NCBI GenBank assembly: GCA_000965745.1
Contig: CP009479.1
Location: 192,001-256,000, forward strand
Length of the DNA: 64,000 nt
Direction: 5' to 3'
Source: an uncultured archaeon
GTDB taxonomy: Archaea > Thermoplasmatota > Thermoplasmata > Thermoplasmatales > Thermoplasmataceae
In this document: piece after piece, positions 1-10,626 of the stretch
How positions within the stretch are numbered: position 1 is the stretch's first letter
How the letters are laid out: each line of letters opens with the position of its first letter
The notes under the pieces: generated by a model
What the model was told of the DNA's origin: nothing
Databases searched by the model: none
Seen by the model: the letters and a program-made list of their open reading frames with translations, nothing else
Position numbers and translations under genes: made by a program

Positions 1-1078
1 CATCTCGGAAGTTGACAAGTGCATAAGCCTCATAGATTATGGTGTCAGCAATTACAGAAAGTTTCTGGAGAATGAGGAAGTGGAGACTGAGGCGGAAAAG
101 AGTTACATCAGGTTCGACCCCCTCGGTATTGTCCTGCTGATAATGCCATGGAATTTTCCGCTATGGCAGGTCATGACAGCCGCCGTACCTGCAATGGCAG
201 CCGGGAATGCAGTCATATTGAAGCACGCGTCCATCGTTTCAGGGACGAGCCTGAAGCTCGAGGAAATCTTCAGCTCCGATCTTTTCAAATCGTCAATAGT
301 TCCCGGGTCCAGGGCAATAAAGCTCATCAGGCATGCCGATGCGGTCTCATTCACCGGCTCAACCGGTGTAGGAGCAGCAATTGCTGAGGAAGCAGGCAGG
401 CACATAAGGAAAGTTGTGCTGGAACTCGGCGGGTCTGACCCATTCATAGTCCTCAAGAGCGCTGACATTGACCAGGCCGTTGAAGAAGCCACTTTGGGAA
501 GGCTGAAGAACAGCGGGCAGAGCTGTACGGCTTCCAAGCGGTTCCTTGTCCATGAGGATGTGTTCGAAGAGTTCAGGCGGAAGGTCATGGAAAGGTTCGC
601 CTCCGTAGAGATCGGCGATCCGCTGAAAGACAGGACTTTCCTGGGGCCGTTATCCTCCATGCAACAGACGAGGCTCGTCCTCACCCAGATAGAGCACCTG
701 AAATCGCTCGGGAGAGTGGACATGCTGGGCAAGCCCAGGGGCGGCATAGTGCCTCCCACCATCGCGGTTCCCCGGAGGAGGTTTGATGAGGAGATCTTCG
801 GCCCCGTGGCCATCATGAAGAAGTTCAGGGACAATGACGAGGCGGTGAGGCTTGCCAATGAGACAGACTACGGCCTTGGGGCCTCGATATGGGGAGACCC
901 CCTGGAGGCTGAGATGATGGTTCCACGCATTGAGGCGGGAATGGTATTCATAAACAGGCTCGTAACATCCGATCCGGGACTGCCTTTCGGAGGGGTGAAG
1001 AAGAGCGGAATAGGGAGGGAGCATTCACGATACGGCCTGATCGAGTTTGCCAACATAAAGACCGTGTGGGTACAGTAG
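1..1078 (+). CDS. NAD(P)-dependent aldehyde dehydrogenase (succinate-semialdehyde dehydrogenase-like), 5' truncated by window edge
   Basis: Motifs IMPWNFP, SFTGS, LELGGSD, GQSC (catalytic Cys), EEIFGPV, PFGGVKKSGIGRE; frame is open upstream of 80 to the window start (ISEVDKCISLIDYG...). Confidence 0.93.
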   Translation, partial: ISEVDKCISLIDYGVSNYRKFLENEEVETEAEKSYIRFDPLGIVLLIMPWNFPLWQVMTAAVPAMAAGNAVILKHASIVSGTSLKLEEIFSSDLFKSSIVPGSRAIKLIRHADAVSFTGSTGVGAAIAEEAGRHIRKVVLELGGSDPFIVLKSADIDQAVEEATLGRLKNSGQSCTASKRFLVHEDVFEEFRRKVMERFASVEIGDPLKDRTFLGPLSSMQQTRLVLTQIEHLKSLGRVDMLGKPRGGIVPPTIAVPRRRFDEEIFGPVAIMKKFRDNDEAVRLANETDYGLGASIWGDPLEAEMMVPRIEAGMVFINRLVTSDPGLPFGGVKKSGIGREHSRYGLIEFANIKTVWVQ

Positions 1079-1083
1079 ATCAC

Positions 1084-2253
1084 TCATATGCTGAGCGAAT
1101 CCTTCCTGAAGGTTCCGGAAAACCTCGAGTAGAATATCACTGCACTGAGGAATCCTGGAAGGGTGACCATGAGCCATATCTCATATGGTGAGGCCAGGTA
1201 TCCAAGCGCAAAGCCTCCAAGTGCCGGGCCCATTGACCTGCCAAAGGAGAGGAACGCATTGTATACGCCCATGTAGAAGCCGGTATTCCGGTCTCCATAC
1301 AGTTTCGACACTATCACGTTCCCCATGGGGAAAGCAAAGTCCTCCCCGAGGGATATGAACGCCATGGATAGGAGGAATGCGGGGAGAACCGTGTCGAAAG
1401 ACATAGTGAAGTAGCCGAAAGAGTATATCAGGGAACCAATGACAAAGCTCGTGGTTAGCGAGATTCGGCTGGAAATCCTGTATGCAATTCCCTGGAATGC
1501 CAGCACCGAAAGCCCGTTTGCCATGTAAATGAAGCCAAGCTCCGAGGTGTAAAGGTGGCGTATTGATGATGCGTAATTGGCGAGAGTCACGGATTCCTGT
1601 GCCTGAACCATGAAGAGGAGCATTCCGGACACGCCAATGATGATGAAGGCAATTGGAAGGGAAGACAGTTTCGGGCTCTTCTTTTCAATTACTTCTGGCC
1701 TCCTGTCTTCCAGTTTCAGGACGAATGCCCCGGAAACGAGTGACATTATGGCACCCATTGCATATATTGACGGATAGCCAAGGAAGAATATCACAAAGCC
1801 TCCCGCCGCAGGCCCGATTCCCCAGCCGATGTTGGCCCCCACCCTCAGGAACGAGAAACTCCTCAGGGGCTTGTTGCTGGACAGTGCCAGGAGCGCGTTC
1901 GATGATGGCCTTTGAATTGAGCTGAGCGTCTGGCCGATGATGAAGAGCGATGAAACAAGAACCGGGAAATTCCCGGACGAGGTCACGAAAAAGAGGGAGC
2001 CGTACGAAAAAGTCCCGAGGAAGAACGTGGTGAGAATGATCCTCCTGTATCCGAACCTGTCTCCAAGCCTTCCGCCATACACCTGTGAAGATGCCGCTAT
2101 GACCCCGCTGACCGTGTATATTATTCCCACAAGGTAGAGCGGTATTCCGAGTACCTCATACATGTACACAGAGGTGTAAACCCAAGATGACGCGAGGCCG
2201 AAAACCCTCATGAGGGCGGCTGAAGAAATGATGGAGACATTGGTCAGCTTCAA
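1084..2253 (-). CDS. MFS transporter
   Basis: About 12 hydrophobic segments, MFS motif A GRLGDRFGYR. Confidence 0.9.
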   Translation of the reverse strand: MKLTNVSIISSAALMRVFGLASSWVYTSVYMYEVLGIPLYLVGIIYTVSGVIAASSQVYGGRLGDRFGYRRIILTTFFLGTFSYGSLFFVTSSGNFPVLVSSLFIIGQTLSSIQRPSSNALLALSSNKPLRSFSFLRVGANIGWGIGPAAGGFVIFFLGYPSIYAMGAIMSLVSGAFVLKLEDRRPEVIEKKSPKLSSLPIAFIIIGVSGMLLFMVQAQESVTLANYASSIRHLYTSELGFIYMANGLSVLAFQGIAYRISSRISLTTSFVIGSLIYSFGYFTMSFDTVLPAFLLSMAFISLGEDFAFPMGNVIVSKLYGDRNTGFYMGVYNAFLSFGRSMGPALGGFALGYLASPYEIWLMVTLPGFLSAVIFYSRFSGTFRKDSLSI

Positions 2254-2292
2254 CAGGGAAGGAGAACTGGCAAAATGGTATAAGCAATTGCT

Positions 2293-3492
2293 TCAGGAAG
2301 GCAAATCAACAGTTTCCGAAGCCTGTTTCTCTTCGGCATTTACTATGCGGGAGAGCTTAATCATGTAAATCAGGATGGCTACGACCCCTGAGACAGTTGC
2401 CAGGCTCCAGATCTTTACAGGGCTTGCAAACAGCGTGAGTGCCGTCCCGCCGACCACAGGCCCCATCGACCTGCCCATGGATATGAAGGCATTGAATACG
2501 CCCATATGGTGCCCGATGTTCTCGTTCCTTGAAAGGGTGGTTACAATTGCATTACCAGCAGGAAAGCCAAAGTTCTCCCCTATTGTGGCCACAACCATCG
2601 ATATGACGAATTCAAGAAGGTTGTAGTCGAAAGCCATGGTGAAGAATCCAATCGTGAACAGAGCTATCCCTATTGTATACCCCTTCGAGAGGCCGATCCT
2701 CGATGTTATCCTTGTTATCGGCACCTGCAGCAGGATGACGCAGAGGCCGTTGACAAAGAATATGATGCCAAGCCCGAAGGCGGTGATATCCCTGAATGAT
2801 CCTGCAAAGTTGGGCAGCGTAACCGATTCCTGCCCCTGTATCATGAAGAGCAGTAGCGCAGACATTCCGAGGTAGAAGAAGAGCGGGTTTATGCGCCCTC
2901 TAGCTTTCACCGGATTCCGGGTTGTCCTGCCCCTTACATTCAGTATTGATAATGCGACAAATGCGTTTGCCACGTTCATGGCAACCCCGAAGAGGTAGAG
3001 GTACGGATAGCCGTAAAGTGAAACAATTGTTCCTCCGATCACCGGGCCGAACCCCCACCCGACATTGTTGCCCATCCTGAGGTATGAGAATCCCTTCAGC
3101 GATGAAGAGGAAGATAATGATACAAGCGAGTTCAACGGTGATAATATCGCAGAGTTGATCGAGATGTTTACAACAAATAGGATGGAAAAAACAAGGGGGG
3201 AATGCAGGAAGTATGAGACGTAGAAAATCAGGAAATACGCGACTCCACTGAGGCCAATGAGAGCCAGGAGTACGTTCCTGTGACCAAACCTGTCACCGAG
3301 GCGCCCGGCAAGAACCTGCGACATTGCTGCAGACAGGCCGCTTACAGTGAATACAAGGCCCGCAAACAAATAGCTTATGCTCAGGGCATCGTGCATGTAC
3401 AGCGAGGTGAATACCCATGTGGAAGAAAAGCCCATTCCTGCCAGTGATGACGAGACTGGAAGCAACAGATCATTGGTTTTTCTCAATATCAC
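2293..3492 (-). CDS. MFS transporter, tandem paralog of 1084-2253
   Basis: GRLGDRFGHR; shares NxGWGxGP, QESVTL and GRSMGP blocks with its neighbour. Confidence 0.9.
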   Translation of the reverse strand: MILRKTNDLLLPVSSSLAGMGFSSTWVFTSLYMHDALSISYLFAGLVFTVSGLSAAMSQVLAGRLGDRFGHRNVLLALIGLSGVAYFLIFYVSYFLHSPLVFSILFVVNISINSAILSPLNSLVSLSSSSSLKGFSYLRMGNNVGWGFGPVIGGTIVSLYGYPYLYLFGVAMNVANAFVALSILNVRGRTTRNPVKARGRINPLFFYLGMSALLLFMIQGQESVTLPNFAGSFRDITAFGLGIIFFVNGLCVILLQVPITRITSRIGLSKGYTIGIALFTIGFFTMAFDYNLLEFVISMVVATIGENFGFPAGNAIVTTLSRNENIGHHMGVFNAFISMGRSMGPVVGGTALTLFASPVKIWSLATVSGVVAILIYMIKLSRIVNAEEKQASETVDLPS

Positions 3493-3569
3493 TTGTACTG
3501 CTCCGACACTTGTACGGGAGTTGAAAGTGATAATTATGCATTTTTATTTTCGGCCAGAGAGTATTCCGG

Positions 3570-3794
3570 TCATTCACCCGATCTTCGGAAAAGGACTTTT
3601 GAACCGGAACATTCTGCAAGAATGAGTTCGTACCCGTCCTCGAATCCGGCAGGTGTCACTGTAAGCCTTGTTGAAGCCACCGGAACATTTTCACCAGTGC
3701 TGTATTCGCCGAAGGACTCCCCATGGCAGGATGGGCATACCTTTCTTTTCCCGAATGCTTTCCTTCCGCAGCCGTTGCATCTGTAAAGCATCAT
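3570..3794 (-). CDS. Short DUF35-type Zn-ribbon/OB-fold partner of the thiolase-like protein
   Basis: CNGC...CPSC Zn ribbon, TPAGF motif; overlaps the stop of the thiolase-like gene. Confidence 0.8.
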   Translation of the reverse strand: MMLYRCNGCGRKAFGKRKVCPSCHGESFGEYSTGENVPVASTRLTVTPAGFEDGYELILAECSGSKVLFRRSGE

Positions 3795-4927
3795 GGCGCA
3801 TCACCCAGTACTGCTGCAACAGCAGAGTTTCCAAAACCCGCCATGCCAATCGTGAAACCTGTGGAGTGGTTCTTTATCTGCCTGCTTCCGGCATTGCCGT
3901 TGATCTGCTGGTACGCCTCGAAGATCTGTGACACTCCGGTTGCTCCTATGGGGTGGCCCCTCGATATCAGACCGCCGCTGCTGTTTATGGGAAATTCCCC
4001 GTTTATCTCCGTGATGCCGTTTTCCAGTGCCTTCCACCCTTCGCCTTCCCCGAAGAAACCCAGGGCCTCTGCCTCAACGATCTCAAGTATGCTCGACATG
4101 TCGTGGAGCTCTGCGAAATCAGGCTTACTTGTCCCCGCCTGCTTCAATGCGGACTTTCCGGCGTCCCTGACGGCCTTAAGCGCAAGCAGGTCCTCCCTGT
4201 CAGTCACGTAGGATGTGTCTGATCCCATTCCAATTCCCCTGACATAAACAGGTTTCCCTGAATAGCTGGCTGCATCTTCATCCCTCACCATCAGGAGCGA
4301 TGATGAGCCGTCGCTTACAGGGCAGAATTCGTACAGCCTGAGTGGATCGGCAATAACCCTGGATTCAAGTATCTGCTTAACGGTCACAGCCTTGCTGATG
4401 TGCGAGACCGGATTAAGTGCGCCGTTCCTGTGGTTCTTCTCCGATACCATGGCTATGGATTCCCTAGTTGCAGGGTATTTCTTCATGTAAAGCGCTGCAA
4501 GCAGCCCTGCAAGTGATGGCAGTGAAGGCCCCGCTTCCCGTTCCCTCCTGCCCAGAAGAGTAGCTATTGTTCCTGCCACTTCCCTGGTTGGCTTTCCAGT
4601 CATCTTCTCTGCCCCTATGAGCAGAACTGAGCTTGCAAAACCGGATTCAAGCATCGACGAGGCGGCCAATACCGCTGCCCCTCCTGAGGCGCTTGTCTTG
4701 TCCACCCTGAAGGATGGGGTGTTGTCCAGTGCGAGGTATGTTGTAATAAGTTCATTCAGCCCGGAAATGCTGTTGAATTCACCTGAATAGGCGTTTGATA
4801 CGATCACGAAATCGATCTGGTCCCTGTTTTTCCTCACTATTGGCAGGGCAGACTCCGCGGCAATGTCAAGAATATCCTCTTCGCTCCTCCCGAATTTTGA
4901 GTGTTCAGCGGAGACTATCGCCACCAT
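3791..4927 (-). CDS. Thiolase-superfamily (SCP2/Ltp2-like) protein lacking the catalytic cysteines
   Basis: GAEKM, DPLRLYEFCPVSDG, INSSGGLISRGHPIGATG; TSASG replaces CASG and ELHDMS replaces HDCF. Confidence 0.88.
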   Translation of the reverse strand: MVAIVSAEHSKFGRSEEDILDIAAESALPIVRKNRDQIDFVIVSNAYSGEFNSISGLNELITTYLALDNTPSFRVDKTSASGGAAVLAASSMLESGFASSVLLIGAEKMTGKPTREVAGTIATLLGRREREAGPSLPSLAGLLAALYMKKYPATRESIAMVSEKNHRNGALNPVSHISKAVTVKQILESRVIADPLRLYEFCPVSDGSSSLLMVRDEDAASYSGKPVYVRGIGMGSDTSYVTDREDLLALKAVRDAGKSALKQAGTSKPDFAELHDMSSILEIVEAEALGFFGEGEGWKALENGITEINGEFPINSSGGLISRGHPIGATGVSQIFEAYQQINGNAGSRQIKNHSTGFTIGMAGFGNSAVAAVLGDAP

Positions 4928-5004
4928 GGTTGGTATTGGAGGGGAGAGTATTAAACCCTTTGAGAAAAAGAGGTCCCCCCGTTGCCAGTTCCTGCAACAG
5001 AGGG

Positions 5005-6234
5005 TTAATCTTTCTGTTCCGTGCAGGAAAAAACCACTTTTCCGCGGATCAGGCCCCGGATTTCATGTTCCCCGAATCCCGCATCCAGGAGAATCTCCCC
5101 GGTATGTTCCCCAAGCAGCGGTGGAGGTAGCCTGATGCTGCCAGGTGTCCTGCTCATCCTGAAGGGTGTCCCCAGTGACTTCACCTTGCCGTATCCCGGA
5201 TGGGACACTTCAGTTATCATGTTTCTCGCCGTTACCTGTTCGTTGCGCTCGAGATCGCTTATCCTGTTGATGGGGGACACCGGAATCCCATGGTTTTCAA
5301 GGAGGTTCACCAGCTCGGATGTGGCCTTCGCACTGAAAAGCGGCCCAAGCTTTTTGTTGAGGTAATCCCTGTTTTTCACGCGCTCCCTGTTCCCCATGAG
5401 CAACGGGTCATCCGCCATGGCGGGAGACCCGAGTGCGGTGCAGAACGATTTCCACAGCTTCTCGGTCCCCACCGCCACGGATATGTATCCGTCGCTGGTT
5501 TCATAGACCTGGTATGGAGCTATGCTGGAGTGGGCAGAGCCCATCGGCTCAGGGTCGATTCCGGTGGCAAAGTATGCTGTCGCCTGGTGTGTTAGGGTAA
5601 GCATGCTCGAATCCATCATGGAAGTGTCAATGTACTGGCCTTTCCCGGATACTGACCTGTAATGAAGGGCTGAGAGTATGGAGATTACTGCAAACATACC
5701 TCCTGTAATGTCCGTGACTGGGACTCCGAATTTCACCGGCGGCCTTCCCGGTTCACCAGTGAGGTCCATGAGCCCGCTGCTTGCAAGCACGGTAAGATCG
5801 AAGCCTGATTTCTCTCTGTAAGGCCCGGTCTGGCCAAAGCCTGATATGCTGCAGTATATGAGATCCTCCCGGTACTTCCTCATGGTGTCATAATCGATTC
5901 CCAGCTTCTCAGCAGTCCCTGGCCTGAAATTCTCCACTACTATGTCGCTTCCCTCAACCAGCTTTTTCAATATGGCTCCCGATTCCTCCCTTTTCAGGTC
6001 CATGGATATGCTCTTCTTGTTCCTGTTCGCACTCATAAAATATGATGAGATCCCGTTTACTTCCGGGGGCGCCCAGTTCCTGGTATCATCCCCAGCCGGG
6101 GGCTCCACCTTTATCACTTCTGCACCAAGATCGCCAAGGAGCATTGTGCCAAAAGGGCCCGCCATTGCCCTGGTAAAATCAAGCACCCTTAAGCCTTCGA
6201 GAGGTGAATGCAGTGTTTCTGATGGAATGCCCAT
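5005..6234 (-). CDS. CaiB/BaiF family (class III) CoA-transferase
   Basis: PLEGLRVLDF, AGPFGTMLLGDLGAEVIKVE, NRNKKSI, ENFRPG, PPLLGEHT; start placed at MGIPSE. Confidence 0.93.
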   Translation of the reverse strand: MGIPSETLHSPLEGLRVLDFTRAMAGPFGTMLLGDLGAEVIKVEPPAGDDTRNWAPPEVNGISSYFMSANRNKKSISMDLKREESGAILKKLVEGSDIVVENFRPGTAEKLGIDYDTMRKYREDLIYCSISGFGQTGPYREKSGFDLTVLASSGLMDLTGEPGRPPVKFGVPVTDITGGMFAVISILSALHYRSVSGKGQYIDTSMMDSSMLTLTHQATAYFATGIDPEPMGSAHSSIAPYQVYETSDGYISVAVGTEKLWKSFCTALGSPAMADDPLLMGNRERVKNRDYLNKKLGPLFSAKATSELVNLLENHGIPVSPINRISDLERNEQVTARNMITEVSHPGYGKVKSLGTPFRMSRTPGSIRLPPPLLGEHTGEILLDAGFGEHEIRGLIRGKVVFSCTEQKD

Positions 6235-6394
6235 TTGCCTGATCAGCTTTTCGAAGGTCATAATGATTTTCCAAGGTTTTGCAAAACTCCACATTTCCAA
6301 CTGTTTCCCGCCATCACAGAGTTACATTCGGGAAACTGCTTTCCCGGGAGAAAGCTTATATGTTATATATCTCCCGCCTATGTTATTCCCTGTA

Positions 6395-6763
6395 ATGTCC
6401 ACGCGACCTGGAGACGGGCCTCAATCCATTGAAGGATTGCTGAAGACCATTAACAAGAAATGGACTATCCTAACAGTGATCGCAATTGGGAACTGCAGGA
6501 GGGTCAGGTTCAACGAACTCAGGAGGGAGCTTTCCGGCATAAGCCCCAAGACGCTGATTGAGACTCTGAGGGAGCTTGAGAAGCTTGGCGCGGTCACTTC
6601 AGAGCAGTTTGTCGATTTGCCACCGAAGGTGGAATACTTTCTTACAGAAGATGGAGATCAATTGAGAAAGGCACTCATACCACTGGTAAGATGGATGGCG
6701 TCCAGGTGCGAACCGATGAACTCACGCGTTGTCGGCAATGCGCTGCAAATAAGGGGGAAATGA
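6395..6763 (+). CDS. HxlR-family winged-helix transcriptional regulator
   Basis: KKWTILTV, RFNELRRELSGISPKTLIETLRELE, PPKVEYFLTEDG; divergent from the CoA-transferase; the longer upstream ORF extension is antisense shadow. Confidence 0.88.
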   Translation: MSTRPGDGPQSIEGLLKTINKKWTILTVIAIGNCRRVRFNELRRELSGISPKTLIETLRELEKLGAVTSEQFVDLPPKVEYFLTEDGDQLRKALIPLVRWMASRCEPMNSRVVGNALQIRGK

Positions 6764-6863
6764 TTTTTCCATGCCTCGCAATTCAGTCATTCGGGCATGA
6801 TGAATCAATACCGCACGGGCAGAAAACCGGAATTTATTAGGTACAAAATAATGTTCATTCCGG

Positions 6864-8147
6864 ATGATCCTTGATTCCCTTGAGGACAGAGTCATAAAGT
6901 ATTACAGCGATTCAAAGAAGGTCCTGCCACGCTATGACGGGCATTCCCTCACAAACATCCCGTCAACTGTTTCAGAAATGCTTGCCCCGGGAAGCGGAAC
7001 AGACAGCATAGGAAAGGAGCATTTCAATGATGTCGCCCCGGGTGATGCGTCAAAGGTTGTTCTCTTTTATATTGATGGAATCTCATACGATTTCACCAAG
7101 ACCCTGTCATCCGACATAGGGTTTCTCGGAAGGCTGGTAAGGAAGGGGGCAGTTTCCCCGATCACCGCCGTTTTTCCCACGACTACCGCAGCTTCTTGCA
7201 CTTCGCTCAACACCGGGCTTTCACCAATGGAACATACGCTGCTCGAATGGGAACTGTATTTCCATGAAACCGGCGCACTGATGTACACGCTCCCGTTCCG
7301 CGCAGTGACCAGCAAGTATTCAAGGAGAGCCAGAAAGCTGAGCCCTGATGCGCTTTTCAAAGGGGAAACGATATATTCAAAGATGAAGAGGCAGGGAGTC
7401 AGGAGCTTTGTCCTTGTAAACAGGAACATTTCTAAGGGGGCGTACAGCGACAGGGTTTTCGAAGGCGGTACCGTTGTTCCCTATTCATACATCACTGACT
7501 GCATTATACAGTTGAGAAACATCCTGGAACACGAGGAGGGCCCGCTGTACATCTATGTGTATATTGAGAGCGCAGACAGCGTTGGGCATACCTACGGCCC
7601 CGACACAGAGATGTACAGGGCAGAAGTTCGAAGCATTTCCAGGATCATAAGGTTCGAGCTCCTTGAAAAAATAGATCCGCTTGCTGCAGCAGACGTTTCG
7701 ATAATAATGACATCAGATCATGGGCAGGTCCAGATCGATCCTGCCAGAACTCGCTACCTCAACAGGATAAGCGGGCTGTGGGACAGCTTTGAAACACACC
7801 TCGGAGACCCAATACCTCCTGTTGGCAGCCCCAGGGACCTCTTCCTGCACGTCAGGAGTGACAGCCTTGAGGGTACGAAGGGCATCCTTGAGGATCATCT
7901 TGCCCGGATGGCTGCAATCATGACGGTTGACGATGCCATAAAGTCAGGTATATTCGGGCGCGGAATCCCTTCTGACCTGTTTCACATGCGGGCAGGGAAC
8001 CTGATGATCCTTCCCGACGATGGCAAGACGATCTGGTACCGGATAAAAGGCCAGGTCCCAATGCACCTCAGGGGGCTGCATGGCGGACTGAGCAGGGATG
8101 AAATGGTCATCCCGTTCGGGATTGCCAATCTCAGCCACCTCATCTGA
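6864..8147 (+). CDS. Alkaline-phosphatase-superfamily nucleotide pyrophosphatase/phosphodiesterase
   Basis: IDG, FPTTTA (Thr nucleophile), DSVGHTYGP, TSDHG, GLHGGLS. Confidence 0.88.
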   Translation: MILDSLEDRVIKYYSDSKKVLPRYDGHSLTNIPSTVSEMLAPGSGTDSIGKEHFNDVAPGDASKVVLFYIDGISYDFTKTLSSDIGFLGRLVRKGAVSPITAVFPTTTAASCTSLNTGLSPMEHTLLEWELYFHETGALMYTLPFRAVTSKYSRRARKLSPDALFKGETIYSKMKRQGVRSFVLVNRNISKGAYSDRVFEGGTVVPYSYITDCIIQLRNILEHEEGPLYIYVYIESADSVGHTYGPDTEMYRAEVRSISRIIRFELLEKIDPLAAADVSIIMTSDHGQVQIDPARTRYLNRISGLWDSFETHLGDPIPPVGSPRDLFLHVRSDSLEGTKGILEDHLARMAAIMTVDDAIKSGIFGRGIPSDLFHMRAGNLMILPDDGKTIWYRIKGQVPMHLRGLHGGLSRDEMVIPFGIANLSHLI

Positions 8148-8253
8148 CAGGAAGATGCATGGACAATGTGGCTCAAAACCGGGGGTGAAAGGTCCACTGA
8201 AGGCTTATGTTTTAGTTAGGTTTTTATAATTTTGATATCATTATATCCGTGGA

Positions 8254-9558
8254 GTGATCCATCTGGACAGGAAGGCGTCGATAGCAATGGCATTGGTCTT
8301 GATTGTGGTATTTTCCGGGCTTGCTGCCATCATGCATGCCAATGGGCAGCGAAATGCCGGCGTCAGTTCACCAAAAGTGTCCTACAAACCTTCCACGACA
8401 CACTATTATCCGATCCGCCTTGTTGAGCATGGGCTGCCTGAATACTGGTACTGGTATGCGGAGATAGGGCCTGCCAATGGAACAAACTACGGGTCATACT
8501 CGCCAACAGATGCCAAAACGATGACATACTACGAATCTCCGGGAAACTATTCACTGGAAGTGTGGGCATACGGCTACAACTACCAGACACAAAAGGCGTT
8601 TTACCATGCAAACGTCGTTAACTCCATTGTTGTTGTGAATGTCACGTTCATAGAGCAATACAACGTAACTGTATTCGAGAAGGGGCTGCCGAACGGTACC
8701 GGCTGGGAAATGAACCTTATTCCAGATGTACAGTATCCGCCTACCTACTCTGCCTCAACCCCGCCGTTCAGAAAAAGCCTGTGGACATGGGTGCCTAACG
8801 GGACTTACACACTACAGGTCGGAGAGATGGAAGATTACCAGCTCACACCCTATGCGTTCAGCACACAGGTGAATGTTAACGGAAGCAACCTCAACTATAC
8901 AATTCCATTCAATGGTGTCAAGATTACCGAATCCGGGCTCGATAACAACACTTCGTGGGGCCTGTACAGGTCAAGCGGCTACGGAAGCTATATCGCTGGC
9001 CCAACAACGAACAGGTCGATCAGCCTGTACCTGCCGGCAGGGGGCTTAAAGATGAGGTTTGTTGCGGATGGGTATTACTCAAGCACACTCAATTTCAACA
9101 ACGATGTTCCCAATCGGACAGTAATTGCCCATTTCGAGAAAGGTTACAATGTCACCTTTGTGGAGCACGGGCTGCCGGATATTGCCCATAATTCTTGGTA
9201 CGTGAAAGGATTCGCGGTGGCATTCCACGGCGGAAATTCTTACATATACGGGAAGAACAGTTCCACATTCCTGGTCCCTGATGGAACCTACGGGTACAAT
9301 ATATCTTTTGGCCAGCAAGCTTGGGACGTCAATGGGAACATGTATTTACTCAACATAACAAGAAATGCCACAGGCAGTTCCTTCACGGTGGACGGAAGCA
9401 ATGTTACCGTGAATGTCTACTTCAATGCCGTAGTCGTGAAGAATCTCTCATACCGGCCCCCGGTTACTGCAGGTAAGCTTGTTTTATACGCCTTCATGGG
9501 GTTCATCGCTGCGGGGGTGGCTGTAGAGGCGATCTATTTCAGAAGAAGGAGAATCTGA
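8254..9558 (+). CDS. Membrane-anchored surface glycoprotein with ExGLP (thermopsin C-terminal-like) repeats
   Basis: N-terminal signal/TM, four ExGL(P) repeats, many NxS/T sequons, C-terminal TM followed by YFRRRR. Confidence 0.8.
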   Translation: MIHLDRKASIAMALVLIVVFSGLAAIMHANGQRNAGVSSPKVSYKPSTTHYYPIRLVEHGLPEYWYWYAEIGPANGTNYGSYSPTDAKTMTYYESPGNYSLEVWAYGYNYQTQKAFYHANVVNSIVVVNVTFIEQYNVTVFEKGLPNGTGWEMNLIPDVQYPPTYSASTPPFRKSLWTWVPNGTYTLQVGEMEDYQLTPYAFSTQVNVNGSNLNYTIPFNGVKITESGLDNNTSWGLYRSSGYGSYIAGPTTNRSISLYLPAGGLKMRFVADGYYSSTLNFNNDVPNRTVIAHFEKGYNVTFVEHGLPDIAHNSWYVKGFAVAFHGGNSYIYGKNSSTFLVPDGTYGYNISFGQQAWDVNGNMYLLNITRNATGSSFTVDGSNVTVNVYFNAVVVKNLSYRPPVTAGKLVLYAFMGFIAAGVAVEAIYFRRRRI

Positions 9559-9646
9559 TGCCCGGACCCGTTCGGGAGCCTCCTTCCAGGGTAGTTTCTT
9601 AGAATTATGGTGCATAGCTTATAAAGGAACAACAGGTAATTGGTTT

Positions 9647-10588
9647 GTGCCTTCTGACCGCGTCAAGAGTTTTATCGTAATACTCATACTGGCAACCACT
9701 GCCACAATGGGGTACATCCTGACTGAGCAGTCCCTCTTCCCTGTGTATCTTGCGAAGCCTTTTCAGATGGCCGTGTCGATCTTGATAGGGCTAGTTTTCT
9801 ATTACTTCATATCTGGACTTTCACCCGCCATAAAGGACCGGAGGATGAGGTTCACCCTTCGCAAGATTGCAGCATTTATCGCGGTAAGCGTGATCCTTGT
9901 CGGGTTCCTGGCGACATGGATCCATGAGGTCACCATACTTGCGCTGTCCGCAGGCCTTGTTGCCGCAGGGGTGTCATTCTCGCTGAGGGAGCCTATCACC
10001 AGCCTCGTTGGGTGGTTCATAATAATCTTCAACCGCCCATTTTCTGTGGGTGACCGGATCAACATGAATGCCGTGGAGGGAGATGTTATTGATTACAACC
10101 TCTTCCAGATCAAGCTGATGGAGATCGGCCAGTGGACTGATTCCAATATGTACACCGGAAGAATATTAAGTGCCCCAACAAGCTGGGTTCTGACCCACTC
10201 CATATACAACTATACACAAGATTTCAGCTTCATCTGGGACAGGATCTGGGTTGGCCTGCTTTACGGGGAGAATTACGAGAAGGTGAGCGCGGATTTGAAG
10301 GAAATCACCGAGAAACATGTCCAGGACATTGTTGAAGGGGCAGAGAGATCCTATAAGCGGCTTTCGAAGAAATATTTCTCTCATGTCTCGAATTTTGAGC
10401 CTTCCGTTTATCTAAGCTTCAACAGCAACTGGGTCGAGCTCAACATAAGGTACGTAACTGATGCCAGAACCAGGACCAGAACGAGAAGCATGATATCCAG
10501 AGACATCCTGGACTACATTTCAAAAAACGGCATCAGGGTTGCGTCAACCAGCATGAACATCAACCTGACCGGTGAGGAAAAAAGCTGA
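9647..10588 (+). CDS. mscS: Small-conductance mechanosensitive channel
   Basis: Three N-terminal TMs, RPFSVGDRI..EGDVID, YNYT motif. Confidence 0.88.
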   Translation: MPSDRVKSFIVILILATTATMGYILTEQSLFPVYLAKPFQMAVSILIGLVFYYFISGLSPAIKDRRMRFTLRKIAAFIAVSVILVGFLATWIHEVTILALSAGLVAAGVSFSLREPITSLVGWFIIIFNRPFSVGDRINMNAVEGDVIDYNLFQIKLMEIGQWTDSNMYTGRILSAPTSWVLTHSIYNYTQDFSFIWDRIWVGLLYGENYEKVSADLKEITEKHVQDIVEGAERSYKRLSKKYFSHVSNFEPSVYLSFNSNWVELNIRYVTDARTRTRTRSMISRDILDYISKNGIRVASTSMNINLTGEEKS

Positions 10589-10626
10589 AAGGCCGCCCTC
10601 CCATGCCTTTTATAAAAAGAGGAGGA

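Noticed and set aside
5942-6394. Long N-terminal extension on the HxlR regulator
   Set aside because: Antisense shadow of the CoA-transferase gene and its promoter region.
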